Shown: positions 1 through 13,400, counted from the first letter of the whole stretch. The stretch is DNA of 63,835 nt, filler included, from Perkinsus olseni (GCA_013115125.1; 14 parts of 14 records of this genome joined end to end with filler, not necessarily neighbours in it), one strand, 5' to 3'. Notes: generated by a model not told the origin, from the sequence alone. Numbers and translations are program-made.

Positions 1-70
1 CTCCATCGCAACACAATGAATGCCTAACTCGAGATCGCACGTCTAGCGGCTTTGCTGCGAGTGTGCCTAG
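1..70. repeat. End of an interspersed repeat, likely a transposon terminus; second copy at 63765-63834 in opposite orientation
   Basis: 1-70 is the exact reverse complement of 63765-63834; both copies run into a contig end and meet unique DNA at CTAG. Confidence 0.85.
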
Positions 71-335
71 GTCAACTTCCTAACCGCATCAGACTTGGCA
101 GCTTCAAGAACAGCCAACTCTTCAGCAAGCTGCTTCTCTAGAGGCTTAGTAGTATCAGCCAACCTCCAGTTTTGACCTTCAGGGTAATCACACTTAGACT
201 CATACTCTCCGTAGTTAGAAGACTTCTTCTCTTCCTGACCCTTGGTTGATGGAGTGAACTTAGGATCGGGGGTAGTCCAGCTAGCATCCCACTTACCAGC
301 ATCCTTAGAGCACGATGAACCACCATACCCAGGAG
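67..335 (-). pseudogene. 3' part of an ORF interrupted by the hAT element; the 5' part is at 4430-4542
   Basis: Removing 336-4429 and one TSD copy gives a continuous frame ...DNSKAAVDTEGTPG|YGGSSCSKDAGKW...VRKLT*. Confidence 0.75.
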
Positions 336-3300
336 CAGAGATCGGCGTTTCTCGGGTTCGGGACCCGAACGCTGAGCCCGAAGTCCCAGAGCTGGCCTCC
401 GAGACCGTCCGATATGAGATAACGGGTCCCGTTCGGGTCCCGTCGGGCCCGACCCAAATTTTTCGCGCGCGCCCTGCGGGCGCGCAGGAAGTCCTTTCGT
501 GCACGTCCCGATAGTTCTCGACGAGAACTTCTCGTTGCCATACCATATTAATCTGCGAGCATGACGTGACGTACTGATCTCAGAGGTTATTTGCTTGTCT
601 CCTTCGTTTATGGCCGATACACAACCTGGCCGTGGGGGATCTTCCTCGTCGAGTTCATCTCAAAACCCTCCAGGGCCCTCATTCCCTCTGGTTCCGCCAC
701 CGTCTAGACGCTATAGCCGGCCATTCACTCCTGGGCCTTCGGACAGTCGAACCTACTCAACGGACTCTCAGCGTAGTAGCTGTGGGAGTTCCATGCGTAG
801 CGCATTTGGCGATGCGCGAGCCGACACCCTGCGCCGACTCAGCACCAGCAAGAACAAGGCCACGCCAAAGCTACCCGTTCAGAGTTTCTCTCGCTCATCT
901 CCTCCGACTAAACGCAGCAGAGTCGCTTTCTCGAGTGTCGTGAAGGAGAGGGGCAGCGAAACGATTGATGTAGGCAGGGTATTAGATGACTTCAGTCTGG
1001 ATGATGGAGACGTCGAAGCGCTAGAGGAGGGCATCACCAGTGAAGATGGCGAAGAGAGAGCAAAGGGCACGGGAGTATCGGAACCGCTGATTGGAAAGAA
1101 GCTCAATGAGTCTCTCTTCGACACGTTCATTCCTAGCCGCTCAAGGTCGGCAATCTGGTCGGCTGATGGGTTTCTCAAAGTGCGAGTAAGGGCTACAAAT
1201 ACAGTTTGCAAAGAGTACGCTGTCTGCAGCAAGTGCAGAACGGTGTTTAAAACGAAGCAGGGCAATACTAGCACTCTAACCCGCCATCAACAAGCGTGCC
1301 ATTCTAGTGAGGGAGTCCCGTCAGTTCTGCAGTTCATCAAGGACCCCGCTCCCCTAGCTGCTGAGCAGCGTGCTAAGCTTTATGAGGCATGCGTGGATCT
1401 GGTCGTTTCCCAGTGCCTCCCGTTCACTGTGACTGAGTCCGAGCCGTTCCAAAGACTAGTCCAGCTCGCCAGTGACTTGGGTGCGAGAAACGGTCGGCCT
1501 TTCGACGCCACCCGCTCCTTGCCAAGTGCGAAGAATGTTGCTGATAAGGTGAATAAGCTCTACGGTGCTGTTCATGAGAATGTCAAAGAACGGTTGAGGT
1601 CTCAGAATCGCCCTCTCCAGGTAATTCGGATCCTTCGGCTTCAACATTCTTCGCTCAACTGGAGAAGCGCTTTTTCGCATTGAGTTTAACGATGATATTG
1701 CGGTGGCACGTTTCGTTCTTCAGATGCAATTTGATGCCTGGAAGACGTGTCACAAGGGCGAGGAGGTCCTCGCTGTGACCGTTGCCCTGGAGAATCAAAA
1801 CCATGATAATGCTGAGCCCGTACTCTTAGCACTGAGAAAACTCGAGTCTGGGCAAGGAGAGGATATAGCAGAAACACTGCAGTCGGTAATAAGGGCTCTG
1901 CTGGTGAAGGCCGCATCTCTCTATGGTCGGCGAGACTTCCGAGTTCGCGTCTTGAACAGGTTCTCGACGACTATGGAATTGACAGAGATGAAGTTCTATT
2001 CCTGAGCGATTCGTGCCAAGCCAATATCAAAGCTCTAGCTTCTTTTGGTGCTGCAAGTGTGCCATGCTTTGCGCACCTTCTACAGTTAGCGGTAAAAGCT
2101 GCAACGTACCCCTCGACTGGAGCTGCGGCCGCCGGAGGCAATAATGAAGCTCAGAGACAAGCCAGGAGTAAGCGGTCTTGCGTGCGAACTGCTCCAGCCG
2201 TAGCACCGACCAAAAAGGGTGCCATAGCTGAGGGGAACGCAGAAACCGGCGAGCTTAGTCTGTCGGACCCTTCACTCCGTCTGAACGATATGATGAGGCC
2301 GCTACCAGCCGAGAGAACCTCGTCAATCGCGGGGATCCTGACGACCGTGACGAGACTTGTCGCTGTAGCGCGTCGCACCAAGATGAACAACGAGATCGCG
2401 AATATCGAGAAATGCACACGGTAGGTCCGGGAAAAAATTCTGAGAGCCGCAGGGATGAGCCAGTATGAGTCACACTGTATGACTTAGTCCGAGCTTCGCT
2501 CAGCAAAAACTTCCTGCGAGCACCGAGGCTGACAACACAATTGAGAATTCAGGCTCAGTCTCCGTAATGAAACCCGGTGGAACTCGACCCTCAAGATGTT
2601 GCGCTCCGTGCTGCGGTCATGGCAAGGCATCATCAAAGTATTTTCACAGCATGACAGGCTAAGGTGGGTCTCTCTCAGCCAGTTTCATCATCGCGGCAGC
2701 TCCTCGTCTAGGTCCTTCGAGGGTCTGCTCAGCCGTAAGTCTCTGCTGGAGGCCATCGACGAGTTGTTGCATCCATTCGCTATCGCGACGGACAGAATGC
2801 AAGCGGTGCGACCATTCGTATTCATGGATACCATAGCGTAAGTTATAGTTGGTAGGTCACAGTTATTGGATTTCTGTTACAGGCAGCTTGAGAAGTGCTG
2901 GAGACTCCTCAATACAGAAGGCGAGGAAGACATGCCAGAAATCATACAGGCGAGGCTACTGATGCGCGATGCCTTCCGCTTGCGTGATACTATCCATATT
3001 TTAAATATGGATAGGATGGAATAGGGTAAATATGATATTTATATTATCTTTCGAATTTGTGATAGGTAATTTGGCGGCTCTCCACAGACAGCCTCATCGG
3101 CTGTCTTCTTGACCCGCGGATGAGAGTCAAGGGTGTCGAGAATCTTCTAATTGTTAAGGAATTCAGAGAAAGCGCGCCTGGCAATGTTCAAGATCCTGAT
3201 CGACTCAGCAGAGAGAACATCGAATGGGTCCTTTTCAACTGGGGGTTCTTATCGGGGTACCGTAAGCAGGTTACCGCAGATGTTGGGGCGCCGAGGGATG

Positions 3301-4429
3301 GCGAGTCCTCGCAAGGCACAGAGGCCAACATCTCCAGTACACCAGAGTCGAGCCACCCGCAGTTTCAGGAGAATATCTGGGACGATGTCATCGATATCAC
3401 TGCCTTGCCTGTATGGGAAGAACCACAGCAGCCACAAATGGATGCTGACGCCCTGACTGCAGCGGTTACCGCGGAGTGCGAGGAGTACATGAAGCTTGGC
3501 CAGCATCAAGTAGATTATGATGTATTTTGGGAAGACGCTCGTGACAAATTCCCTAATCTCTATTTCGCTTCTCGAATAACCAAATATTTTACCCTATCAA
3601 CGGCCAGGTGTGAGTCGGTCTTTTCGCAAGCTAAGTCAATCATAGGGTTGAGAAGGGCGAACCTGAAGACAAGTACGCTGGAGCAGCTTCTGGTATGCAA
3701 GACGACACAGAAGATACTGTAACGCCGAGCTTTTATGGTGTGGTGGACAGTGACCTCCCCCATATATTATCACTAATGAACTACCAACCCACCCTCTAAA
3801 GACTGATACGCCCGACGTCTACGTTCAAAGCTGGAGGCTATCGCTCTCTTCGTTCGCATCGTATCTATGTTGGTATCATCGAGATAATCCTTCTCTCATA
3901 GTCGTGCACTGTATTGCATATTATCATGGCTAGTAGCTGCATGAGTCATGCAGCATGACATTACGCGCCCGATCTCGCTTGAATGGTTGTGTTGAAAGTC
4001 TATCGATGATGGGAGCGACGGATTTTTCGACGCGACAGGGTTACATGATGTAACTTGCATCTCAGTGAGACGATCTCACTGACCACTAGTTCTGTATCAC
4101 CAACTGAGCGCGACTCTAGATACGTTGGAATCAAAGCTCGATTATCAGAGACTTGAGTCACCTCCGTAAAGTGAGAATGGTGACAAACAACCTGCACTCG
4201 TCGTAAACAGCATGCAGGAACTTGTATCATACAGTGGGCTGAAAGACCGTCACAACGAGGAGTAATGCGTAATGCCTCAGAGTCAGGCTTTCAATCAGTT
4301 CGGGCTTTTATCGAACCCCCGAAGCCCGACCGAAAAAGCTCGAAAAAAGCTGCTGTTCGCCCGAAACCCGGCCGAATTGCCTTCGGGCTTCGGGCCCCGA
4401 CTTTGTCGGGACCCGCCTGCCGATCTCTG
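336..4429 (+). mobile_element. Full-length hAT-superfamily DNA transposon
   Basis: TIR CAGAGATCGGC (336-346) / GCCGATCTCTG (4419-4429); 8-bp TSD CCCAGGAG (328-335, 4430-4437); subterminal CCCGA/TCGGG motifs; internal transposase. Confidence 0.96.
610..3722 (+). CDS. hAT transposase, multi-exon (about 6-7 introns)
   Basis: BED zinc finger (CSKC...TSTLTRHQQACH), LPFTVTESEPF, QFDAW, SDSCQANIKAL, CFAHLLQLAV, ETRWNST, LLDPR, C-terminal dimerisation FW...FPNL...STARCESVFS...RRANL; GT-AG introns such as 1621-1723. Confidence 0.93.
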
Positions 4430-4542
4430 CCCAGGAGTACCTTCAGTGTCAACAGCAGCCTTGCTATTATCTTGCTGGTCACAACCACCTGACTCCTTAT
4501 CAACCTTAGTAGCGTCAGAGACCTTAGAAGAAGAACCTTGAG

Positions 4543-4642
4543 NNNNNNNNNNNNNNNNNNNNNNNNNNNNNNNNNNNNNNNNNNNNTTAATTAATTAANN
4601 NNNNNNNNNNNNNNNNNNNNNNNNNNNNNNNNNNNNNNNNNN
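4543..4642. other. Artificial contig spacer (first of 13: also 9178, 13788, 18392, 22969, 27532, 32092, 36646, 41192, 45734, 50269, 54803, 59320; each 100 nt)
   Basis: N44-TTAATTAATTAA-N44 repeated identically; puts stops in all six frames; contig lengths fall monotonically from 4542 to 4416. Confidence 0.98.
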
Positions 4643-4722
4643 TCTCGTTGTTCTCGTTGTTCTCGTTGTTCTCGTTGTTCTCGTTGTTCTCGTTGTTCTC
4701 GTTGTTCTCGTTGTTCTCGTTG
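4643..4722 (+). repeat. (TTCTCGTTG)n minisatellite at contig start
   Basis: Direct tandem repeat. Confidence 0.9.
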
Positions 4723-4730
4723 TTATTCAG

Positions 4731-5010
4731 GCCTACCACATGCATTCAATGAGATAGGACTCGTTGGTGGTATCATCATACTGTCTCTAGTTGCTCTACT
4801 AGCCCTTCATTGTATGTTATTATTGGTGCATTGTCAAACGTAATAATGATACCAACCTTCCGAAGCATCATCATGACTATAAGGTATCTAAGAGATACTA
4901 GATCCAAGCATGCTGTGACCTATGGTGATGTTGGTTATTATGCTTTTGGCAGGATTGGCAGTATGCTGGTTGATATATGTATCATACTAACTCAGGTAGT
5001 AGGCTACGAG

Positions 5011-5056
<46 letters not shown>

Positions 5057-5909
5057 TCATCATCACGATAGTGATAGGCTTTGTTATTACTAGTATTTAG
5101 ACTGGCTTTGCAGTGGCATATCTTATTTTTATCTCCCATAACGTATCTGATATAATAGATGATTATTACCTGGACGACAAGAAGGATAGTATAGTATCCA
5201 GAGGCTTGATATTAGCCGTTATTCTACCACCATTGGTAATAATACACTAGGTATTGCTACCATCATTATCATTACTATCTAATACAGTGCATATTATCAT
5301 TCTTATCAGGTCATATTATCGTGGTTACGGTACTTAAAGATGTTAGCGCCATTCTCGTTACTAGCTGAGATCGCTGTAAGACTACTCCGACTACCACAAA
5401 TCCCCCAAATCATTACCATCGTGCATCCCCAACGCATCGTATTGGTGGTAGTAGTGGTATCTTGTCGTCGGATATTTCAGATTCTCTTCGCCTTGTTCGC
5501 AGTGTTTGCTTACGATATACAAAGTATAATAACTAGAGCTTGGTCACCAGTATTGAGTACCAAAACATCATCATCACAACTTCAAGATGATGATCCCAGT
5601 GGGGGCTCATCATTCATCAGTACTGCCAGGTACTAGTAATAATAACGTCGTTGGTGATGTATCATTCATGTTTAGTAATAAAAGCTTATGGCTGAATCTA
5701 TCTAGACTACCCTACTTTTTTGGGATATCAGTATATTGTTATGAAGGTGTTGGTATGGTAATGCCCGTTAAGAATAGGTATTATCATGAAGGCTTGCAGA
5801 CTTATCATCATTCTTTTCCTCAGCATGCAGAACCCATCATCATTCAATCGTATATGGTCATCCTCGGTGATACTTGTTACGACAATGTAATCTGCTGTCA
5901 CCACTACCA

Positions 5910-5952
<43 letters not shown>

Positions 5953-6890
5953 GTCATTAAACTAGTAGATACTGTGCCTTCGGTGCTCTAGGGTTATTGG
6001 CCTTCAGCGATCTGCCGACCATTGATAGTATTATAACTAGAGCCCTACCACATGATACCATCCTTACACCTTTCATACGGGTAGTAGTGGTGCCAATAAC
6101 GGTATCATCGATTATCTCGTACTAGTATTACAATAATGGTCGTCCGTCATGATGGGTATGTTGTATGGCGTTGTATCAGGTATCCTTGTGTATTGGCCTG
6201 TACTTCACGTATCCGTTGATGCTGTTCCCAGTCTATGAGCTCATTGATACATTCTTCGACTCAACTCTGAGGTTCTATCAACAACAACAACAACACTATT
6301 CCTATAATAATCCATTAACCGCCTACTGCCCTTCAGGCCTCATCTCCCAAATATAACACCCACAATGTTTCATATTATTACCCATTACATCTTTCGATTG
6401 GGGTAGTAACGAAATAAAGAGGCAAACGCCGGTCATGTTAATCATAGGCTGCGAGAATTATAGTCTCAGTTACGTAACTCTAACGGCGATATTAGCAGCA
6501 TCCATCCCGAACTTCGGAACCTTCATCTCACTTGTTGGCGCCAGTGCTAGTGCTGCACTAGCCTTCGTAATCATCTCGCCTACTACTACTGCTACTGCCC
6601 CGGACGCAACGGACTATTCTCCACTGTTAGCGCCTTCTGCTGCTGCCTTATCAGATCCTCCCGGCTGCTTTTCATCTCAAGCTACGGGGAAGGGAGCTAT
6701 CAAAATGGCAGGTGAGAAGCATTCTCATCTGCTGTTGCTGTTTATCTTCCTATCCTGCTCCTTTTTGTTGTTCTGCTGGACCTGGTGCGTGAAGCTTGTT
6801 GTTCAGCACGTTCGAGAGTGGATATGCATCATCGTGGGACTTCTGGGAGGGATTATTGGTACAGTAGAGGCCTGCCGAGACGCACTGTAA
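4731..6890 (+). CDS. Amino-acid transporter (AAAP/Aa_trans family), multi-exon, 5' end missing
   Basis: GLPHAF..GLVGG, TYGDVGYYAFGRIG, TGFAVAYLIF, FFGISVYCYEGVGMVMPVKNSM, FTYPLMLFPV, IPNFGTFISLVGA; introns carry (AAC)n and (ATC)n microsatellites. Confidence 0.9.
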
Positions 6891-7382
6891 TGACACGAGT
6901 TTTGTTTACTTTCTCTTTGCTCATACTGCTAGTACTGTACCATCCATTAACCTCATCATAGTGTGTGGGTATGCTATTATCTCAGGCGAGCGATACGAGG
7001 AGAGACCATCGAAGGGCATTGAGTGTCTATAAGATAATGATGATATTCTTGCTGCTGCTACTGCTCTAATTTGATGCGTGTTACTGATTGAAAGTTTCTT
7101 CAACACTGGGTTGTTCAAGGAACTCGTCATGACCCTGGCGACCGTACGACGTTCGGTTCCCTCGCCGTATTCCATCTCAGCAAATGTTTCTTAAATGAAC
7201 AGGTTACGGCTGCTCATCCCCCCTCTACCGCGGATACCCATACTGAGCACAGTGGCGAGTTCAGGTGCTCCTACGCAGATGAGAACGATTCTGCCGGAGA
7301 TAAGCAAGGATAATCATATCGTTGTAAGGAGTATTATGTTGCATCACGTACCGATCATCATTAGTGAACTGCTTAGTCTGAA

Positions 7383-7454
7383 GCCACCTTAGCTTAGTGG
7401 TAGAGCGTCTGCTTCGTAAGCAGAAGGTCGTCGGTTCAATCCCGGCAGGTGGCT
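7383..7454 (+). tRNA. tRNA-Thr(CGT)
   Basis: Acceptor stem GCCACCT/AGGTGGC, D-arm TAGCTTAGTGGTAGAGC, anticodon stem TCTGC-TT(CGT)AA-GCAGA, T-loop GGTTCAATCCC, followed by a TTTT Pol III terminator. Confidence 0.96.
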
Positions 7455-8363
7455 TTTGCTCCGGCTCGAATTGTGTGCTTAGTGTCCCGCTCGCAGTAGC
7501 TTCGTGCACCTTGTCTCTTCTCGCAGGACCCTCCGTGGGAAAAGGACGCAAAGGACCCCGAGCTATTTCGGAATAAATGGGAAACGATCAAGCATCTTCG
7601 CGCTACCGCTAGAATTTTGAGGCGGCAACGTCTACTCGACAAGTATGACTTCACGACGATCGAGGGTTGGAATATGATGTTTATGACTAGAATGGAAGAA
7701 TTTGTAGGACTATCGAGAGCAAGTTTTGTTGCCTCTTATCGCTTGTGTTCTCTCCTCGTCTCAGTGTGCATATCACACGAAGAAGGACATGGTGCCGGAA
7801 GATCGTCAGGATTTAGCCACTTCCATCGCTATATCGGTGATGATGCATCCTCAGCATCCTGCAATAGCAGCAGCAGCACGTCTTAGGCCTGGTCACAAAT
7901 AAGACCTCGCAATATTACGTCATGGACTGTGGTTCCGTACGAGTCATCGATAATACAGGCAAGGCTTACGACACACCATGGGCATACTTGGTATCAGTAT
8001 GTAAGTCCTGGGATATTCCTCATCGCCCGGAGGGATGACCAGGTACTCCAAGTCGACGTCGAAGAGCTATTGACCTTCCACAAGTCAAAAAAACAGCTTG
8101 GCAGAGTCAGTCGAAATTATGTTGTTTTTGAGATGTCTGTAAGCAAACTCATGAACCCCAAAGGGAGTATGGCCGGTGGGCGACCCTCTCGCTTCAGTTG
8201 GGTAAGCCTGGAATATTCCGAGTTAGCGCGATACGTCCCTTCCGAGAGAGTGATGACTGAGGCATGTGTACTGAACATAACGTTTCTGCTCTCGAGTGTT
8301 ATTGATTAGCGGTTTTGGAGATAAGGCGCAGTAGTTTTTCTCTCAAGCGTTGCCGGTGTACAC

Positions 8364-8649
8364 ATGTCTTCCGTCAAGCAACAGCAGCCAGCATCATCAT
8401 CAGCAGCAGCTTTGGAAAGTAACGATACTTTGCCTAATCAAGTCCTCTACGTCTGCGGTAACTGCGGCAATGAGCAAGAATTGAAGCTAATGGCGGTACT
8501 GCATGGGATGGATATGGCTGCGTCCGTCCCATCATGAATGATAATATCCTTTCTGTCCTTCTCAGGATGCTATAAAGTGCAATCGTTGTGGTCATCGTAT
8601 CCTCTACAAGAAGCGTCAACGCCGCGTGATGATATTCGACGCCCGATAA
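8364..8649 (+). CDS. RPB12: RNA polymerase I/II/III shared subunit RPABC4, 2 exons
   Basis: VLYVCGNCGNEQELK...DAIKCNRCGHRILYKKRQRRVMIFDAR* after removing a ~70-nt intron. Confidence 0.93.
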
Positions 8650-8959
8650 TAACAAGTTACTAACTGCTTAACACTTTCGGCATCGACGTTAATACACTTA
8701 ATAGTCAACAGAGTATTGAGTTGAATCATTATCGGGGAGGTGGTCGGATGTTAACGTACATTTCTAACATTGCGAATGCTCTAATGATCTCTTCATTAAC
8801 AATTGTGTTGTAAAAGAAAGGACGTGTGGTTGTAGGAGCGATAGTTGTGTATATACGCCTGGTCCTCGAACCGCCACTATGCCCGACACAACAGTCATAA
8901 GTAGTTTACGTAATGATGTTATTAGCGTTCTTGTTGAGTCAGTAATAACGAAGATCTTA

Positions 8960-9067
8960 TCAGTTACCATCATCATCGATACCAATCCATCTGAATGCTT
9001 CACGTTCATTAAACTCCATAGTATTCTTCCGTTCGAACCATCTACGCTCGTAATTACTACCACGTAC
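8960..9067 (-). CDS. BUD13: Last exon of a BUD13-like (RES complex) splicing factor
   Basis: VRGSNYERRWFERKNTMEFNEREAFRWIGIDDDGN* resembles the BUD13 C-terminus (GVDRSNGFE..WF...AYKW..ED), recognised from memory; AG acceptor upstream. Confidence 0.65.
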   Translation of the reverse strand, partial: VRGSNYERRWFERKNTMEFNEREAFRWIGIDDDGN

Positions 9068-9106
9068 CTTGAAAGGTAAAGACCATGATGATATTACAGC
9101 TGCAGC

Positions 9107-9107
<1 letters not shown>

Positions 9108-9176
<69 letters not shown>

Positions 9177-9177
9177 G
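9108..9177 (+). repeat. (GTT)n microsatellite at contig end
   Basis: Direct tandem repeat. Confidence 0.95.
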
Positions 9178-9652
9178 NNNNNNNNNNNNNNNNNNNNNNN
9201 NNNNNNNNNNNNNNNNNNNNNTTAATTAATTAANNNNNNNNNNNNNNNNNNNNNNNNNNNNNNNNNNNNNNNNNNNNTACACCCTTCGTCAGCAGTCTCT
9301 CGTATCTTGCGTTCTACGAGTACGTCTCTGCTCCACATTAGTTGCAACATGCGAGTGCTTCTGCACGCATGCTTCGGGACGCCCCTCTCATCCGCACAAG
9401 GCTCTCAGTTCGGTACACAGTACAGTCAGGGGTAACCCCATGAATAGCCTGCAATTTATTGGCATGACGAAGAAACAGCTCAGCCAGCGCATTCGACGAT
9501 GAGCATAGCAAGCCAGGAACGGCTATTCATCTTTCTTCGTTATGTTAACCTTGTGCGCCGAACCAAGCATCTGTTGAGGGCCTGTCTACTTTGTCGTCAG
9601 AGTTCGGCCAACGCTGGCTGCATCCGAGTCATCAATTTCCGCAGGGTCGTCT

Positions 9653-10435
9653 ATGCCGGTGCTGAAAATTCCCGTGCTCATCGCTCTTGTTGGCGTCTAT
9701 CAACTCATGGTTTCTGCTGGTGTTCCCGAAAGGAAGGATATGTTCAGCAACAAATGCATCGAACCTATTCCTGGTCCATATCCTTTGTATGTCGTGGATT
9801 ACAAGCCGCCTGGGTGTTTCAAGGTGCCGAAGTGGAATCCGCCTCCCCCAAACTACTGCTTCTACCTTCGGAGGAATGCTACTTTGTTCAACGCTGGGAT
9901 CCTCATCATCCCCAACCCCGGTGCGCAAGTTCAGGCGATGGCCGCCCTCGAGTTGTTTATGATATTCTCCAAGACCTCTACGTACCCAGTGGATGTCGGG
10001 ATATGGGGAGAAGGCGTCAACGCGCATGACATCGATCTTCCTATGGGTATAAAGCTGTCCGTCCAATTCAGCATCCCTCCATGTCTCAAGGTGGGAGGCT
10101 ATGACGTATACTCTGGGAAGCAGATCAATGCCACAACGATTTTGACTACTAAAATTACGATCCCTGATATCGGGACAGTGTCAACTGTGGGGTATGGGAA
10201 TTTGAGTGGTTATGTGAACTTGAAAAGCCAGAACCATCACCTCATATCTCATACAACTGCATCAGGCCGCGCTGGTACCATTACGTCCACGGTGAGTTAC
10301 GATTTCTTCAACTATGCTATAAGTCCCACCCGTTATGATTTCTACGCCTTCATTGACGTGCAAATCTCTGCCATGAAGAACGGCCTACTCGTATACTACG
10401 AGAAAAGACATCCCGTTTTCGGAGGTGGTTATTAG
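9653..10435 (+). CDS. Intronless secreted hypothetical protein, 260 aa
   Basis: Hydrophobic N-terminal signal (MPVLKIPVLIALVGVYQLMVSAG); Cys/Pro-rich N-terminus and beta-strand-like C-terminus. Confidence 0.7.
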   Translation: MPVLKIPVLIALVGVYQLMVSAGVPERKDMFSNKCIEPIPGPYPLYVVDYKPPGCFKVPKWNPPPPNYCFYLRRNATLFNAGILIIPNPGAQVQAMAALELFMIFSKTSTYPVDVGIWGEGVNAHDIDLPMGIKLSVQFSIPPCLKVGGYDVYSGKQINATTILTTKITIPDIGTVSTVGYGNLSGYVNLKSQNHHLISHTTASGRAGTITSTVSYDFFNYAISPTRYDFYAFIDVQISAMKNGLLVYYEKRHPVFGGGY

Positions 10436-13400
10436 AGAAGGTATGGCTCCGGATCAATGACTGGTGGATCTTGCTAAAAATCGCTCATGATCATTTCCCC
10501 CGGCCGAGTGGCATGCCTCAGGTGACCTGAGTCAGGTCCACGGCCAAACGTACTCCAGAATGGGAGCATTTCATTAGACTGTCCTCCGAGTACAGATTGG
10601 AAGATCCCGTTGATGGCTCAGTACCATTTTCATTATCATCAAGAGTGCTGTTGATCGTCGTCTCTTCTTGTTCCAGCCGGCTTTCACGGACTTCAAAGGG
10701 AAAACACCTTTTCTCTGATTTCTGCGTACGATCTGTGTTCATCAGTGTTCCGTGCATCGAAGACTTCACCAAGGGCGAGCAGTCACCCCGCCCATGTGTG
10801 GACTTCCCCGCGGAAATGTTGGACTCGGCCGTTCTTTTCTCGAAGTTTCGTGAGTGCAATTGAACTGCATAGGCCACCGTCACGGTAGCTCCAACTGTGC
10901 AACAATCAGCAATCTCATTATATCATACCGCACACAAGGCTTGGAGACTCCGCGGCTTTCTGCAGGTCGCTTCAGGAAGGAGTCCTCTGGGGATGCAGAA
11001 CGTGGAAAAGTCCTGAAAATAGCTGCGAACTCAAGACAGTGTCACAACAAGTTACCCTCAACAGGTCTCGGTCAGCTGAGCACGTAACGTTTCGGTGAAG
11101 CGAAGGTGTCGAGTGCGGTGAGTGGCGGGGTCAAACGGCCTGCCGGACGCGGCGTCAACGCTTCTTGAGACCACCACGTAAGCTTCCGTGACTTGAGGTT
11201 ACTCAACGCAAGTTCAGCAGAAGACAGAAAATGTGTCCAGTTAACCAATCTTTCGCCCTCAAACAAGCCTTGGGAAAGTTTCACCGCCTACTACTCCACC
11301 TCGGAGCGATCGTTGCACTACGAAACCGAATTGCCGACGGTCCGTCCGTAGAACCTGAGTTGTTCTCGCGAATCATCCAGAGAAAGATCGGCTCACCTCG
11401 GCTGCCTCCTTGTTTAACGGGTCGTTCGGGTTGGGTTCGAGAAAGAGATAGAGGAGACCGTAACTGCAGACGAGAGTTGCTGGAAGCAACGCGATAGTCG
11501 CGGAATGTTACACAACAGAAGAGATACTCAGAATTGGTTTCCAGTCTTCACGCAAAATGTTGAGGCAGACGTTTCCGTCGAGATCGATATTGGGATGATA
11601 AATCTTCGTTTCGCACTTTACCTGATAACCAATTGCCACCGTTAGTTCCGACCAGAATAATCCACGCGAACCTCGTTACTTTAGGGGCGTCGTGTGGGTA
11701 TAATGGCTTGATGTTAAAGGAGAATCGGTACTTTGCTGAGAAAGAGCTAGAGCATGAACACCACTTGCGAACTTTGGACCAGAACGCATTAGTTGTGCGG
11801 CGCAATTGCCGTAGAATTAGCGACGGAGCGGTACGACTAATACAGATTCGTGAGAGCTCTATTTACGATGCCGCACGGCGTGCCGAACTTACCTCCTTTC
11901 CAGAATCCCTCATCCGGGGAAATAGTTATAAAGAAATGCATCAGATTGTTGCTGTTGGGGAACTCAATACGGCACTGTGAAGGCAACTCCAACTCGTCCA
12001 ATTCTGACAAAAAAACGTTTCCTCCTTCACAGGGAACGACAGGGTGGGGCGATGCTGCAAAATTGACTAAGTCGGAGAGAAGAGGGATGATTCAATTTTC
12101 TTTTCATACTCGTTATAAGCTTCGAGCAAGCAAATAGTACTACAACCAGCTCCACAGCTTCACCCCGCAGTTGAGATTTGTCTAACTGACAGCGTACAGA
12201 GGGAAACAAATCAGCAGAGAAATGATCATCATTGATCATTTACTAACCACGATCTGCTCAGCCAGGAACAGCATATTCTGAATATACTATTCTGAGGGAA
12301 CCGCATGCAGGCAGGACGGGACAACGAAGAAGCTCGTGCATGACTACAGGTGGGATAAATCTTGCACGAAAGGTCGAACGAATCCCAGTCGTCCGAGATG
12401 ACCCGGCGGTCCTTTTGTGTCACAACTCCATAGTGCTTCATAGTACGAGGCCCGGGAAAGGTGCACGTTCCGCCGTGCCGTGTGGCACTCTTAGCCCATT
12501 GCTGGTCAGAGTCCAATATGTAATAATTGCCTACATTGCTCAGTCGCCAGCGAGTCTACTCTGCGAAAGGGTCTCTCAAAGATCGCGGACGTGGCTATCA
12601 GAAATCGCACGCTAAAGACTCTTTGAGGCCCATACTCGGCGTCACGACATCACAGCTTGTTACGACAAAATTCGACGCCGGGACCCTCGGAAAACCCAGG
12701 GGCACGGTAAAACCCCGAAAGCGCTATTCTAGCAGCGCCCACCCGCCTTCTACAATATTGTAGTGATGTTAAACTCATTCAGGCGGAGTCAGAGGCTTTC
12801 CGGCTTTCCTTGTGAATTTCGAAACGAAAATTCCTGAAAATTGCGAAACTTCACCAGGATTCAGCACTTCAGCGCTGTTTCATGCTACCAACCCCACAAG
12901 AAAAACTATACTGTTTCGAACGATGATTGATCAGAGGACTGCGTACCACCGCGCCCCCTGACATGCTAGCTCCAACTACTACCTTTTTGTAATCTGATTT
13001 CGCCAGGCTGCTGCTTCGGTTTCGTTGACGTACCGTTGGCTGCCCCCGGGGACTGCTGCTCCGCCCTTTTGCCCCGACCCACGCCGAAGACCTTATACAT
13101 AGGAAGCGGTGATACAAACTGCAAGCTGAGGACGTCATTCTCACAGAAGGCAAATTCACACAGCTTCACTTCACGCAAATGACCCTACGATTCAGAGGAA
13201 TGGCAGTGCAAAGGACAGTCAGGGAAACATTGAACTTACGCGGACAGTGCTTCAGTAGAGAGTTCACACGGGGATATGAGTCAGTTTCTACTTATCGCGA
13301 ATAATCAGCTGATACTGTGTCTGGTGATTCAGCACTTATAGACTTACTGCAGGTCGTGTTGGGTATTAACCACTTTCATCGCGATTATGAACTGTGCGCA

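Noticed and set aside
4587-4598. Recurrent TTAATTAATTAA every ~4.5 kb as a biological motif
   Set aside because: Always centred in N runs; it is a six-frame-stop linker.
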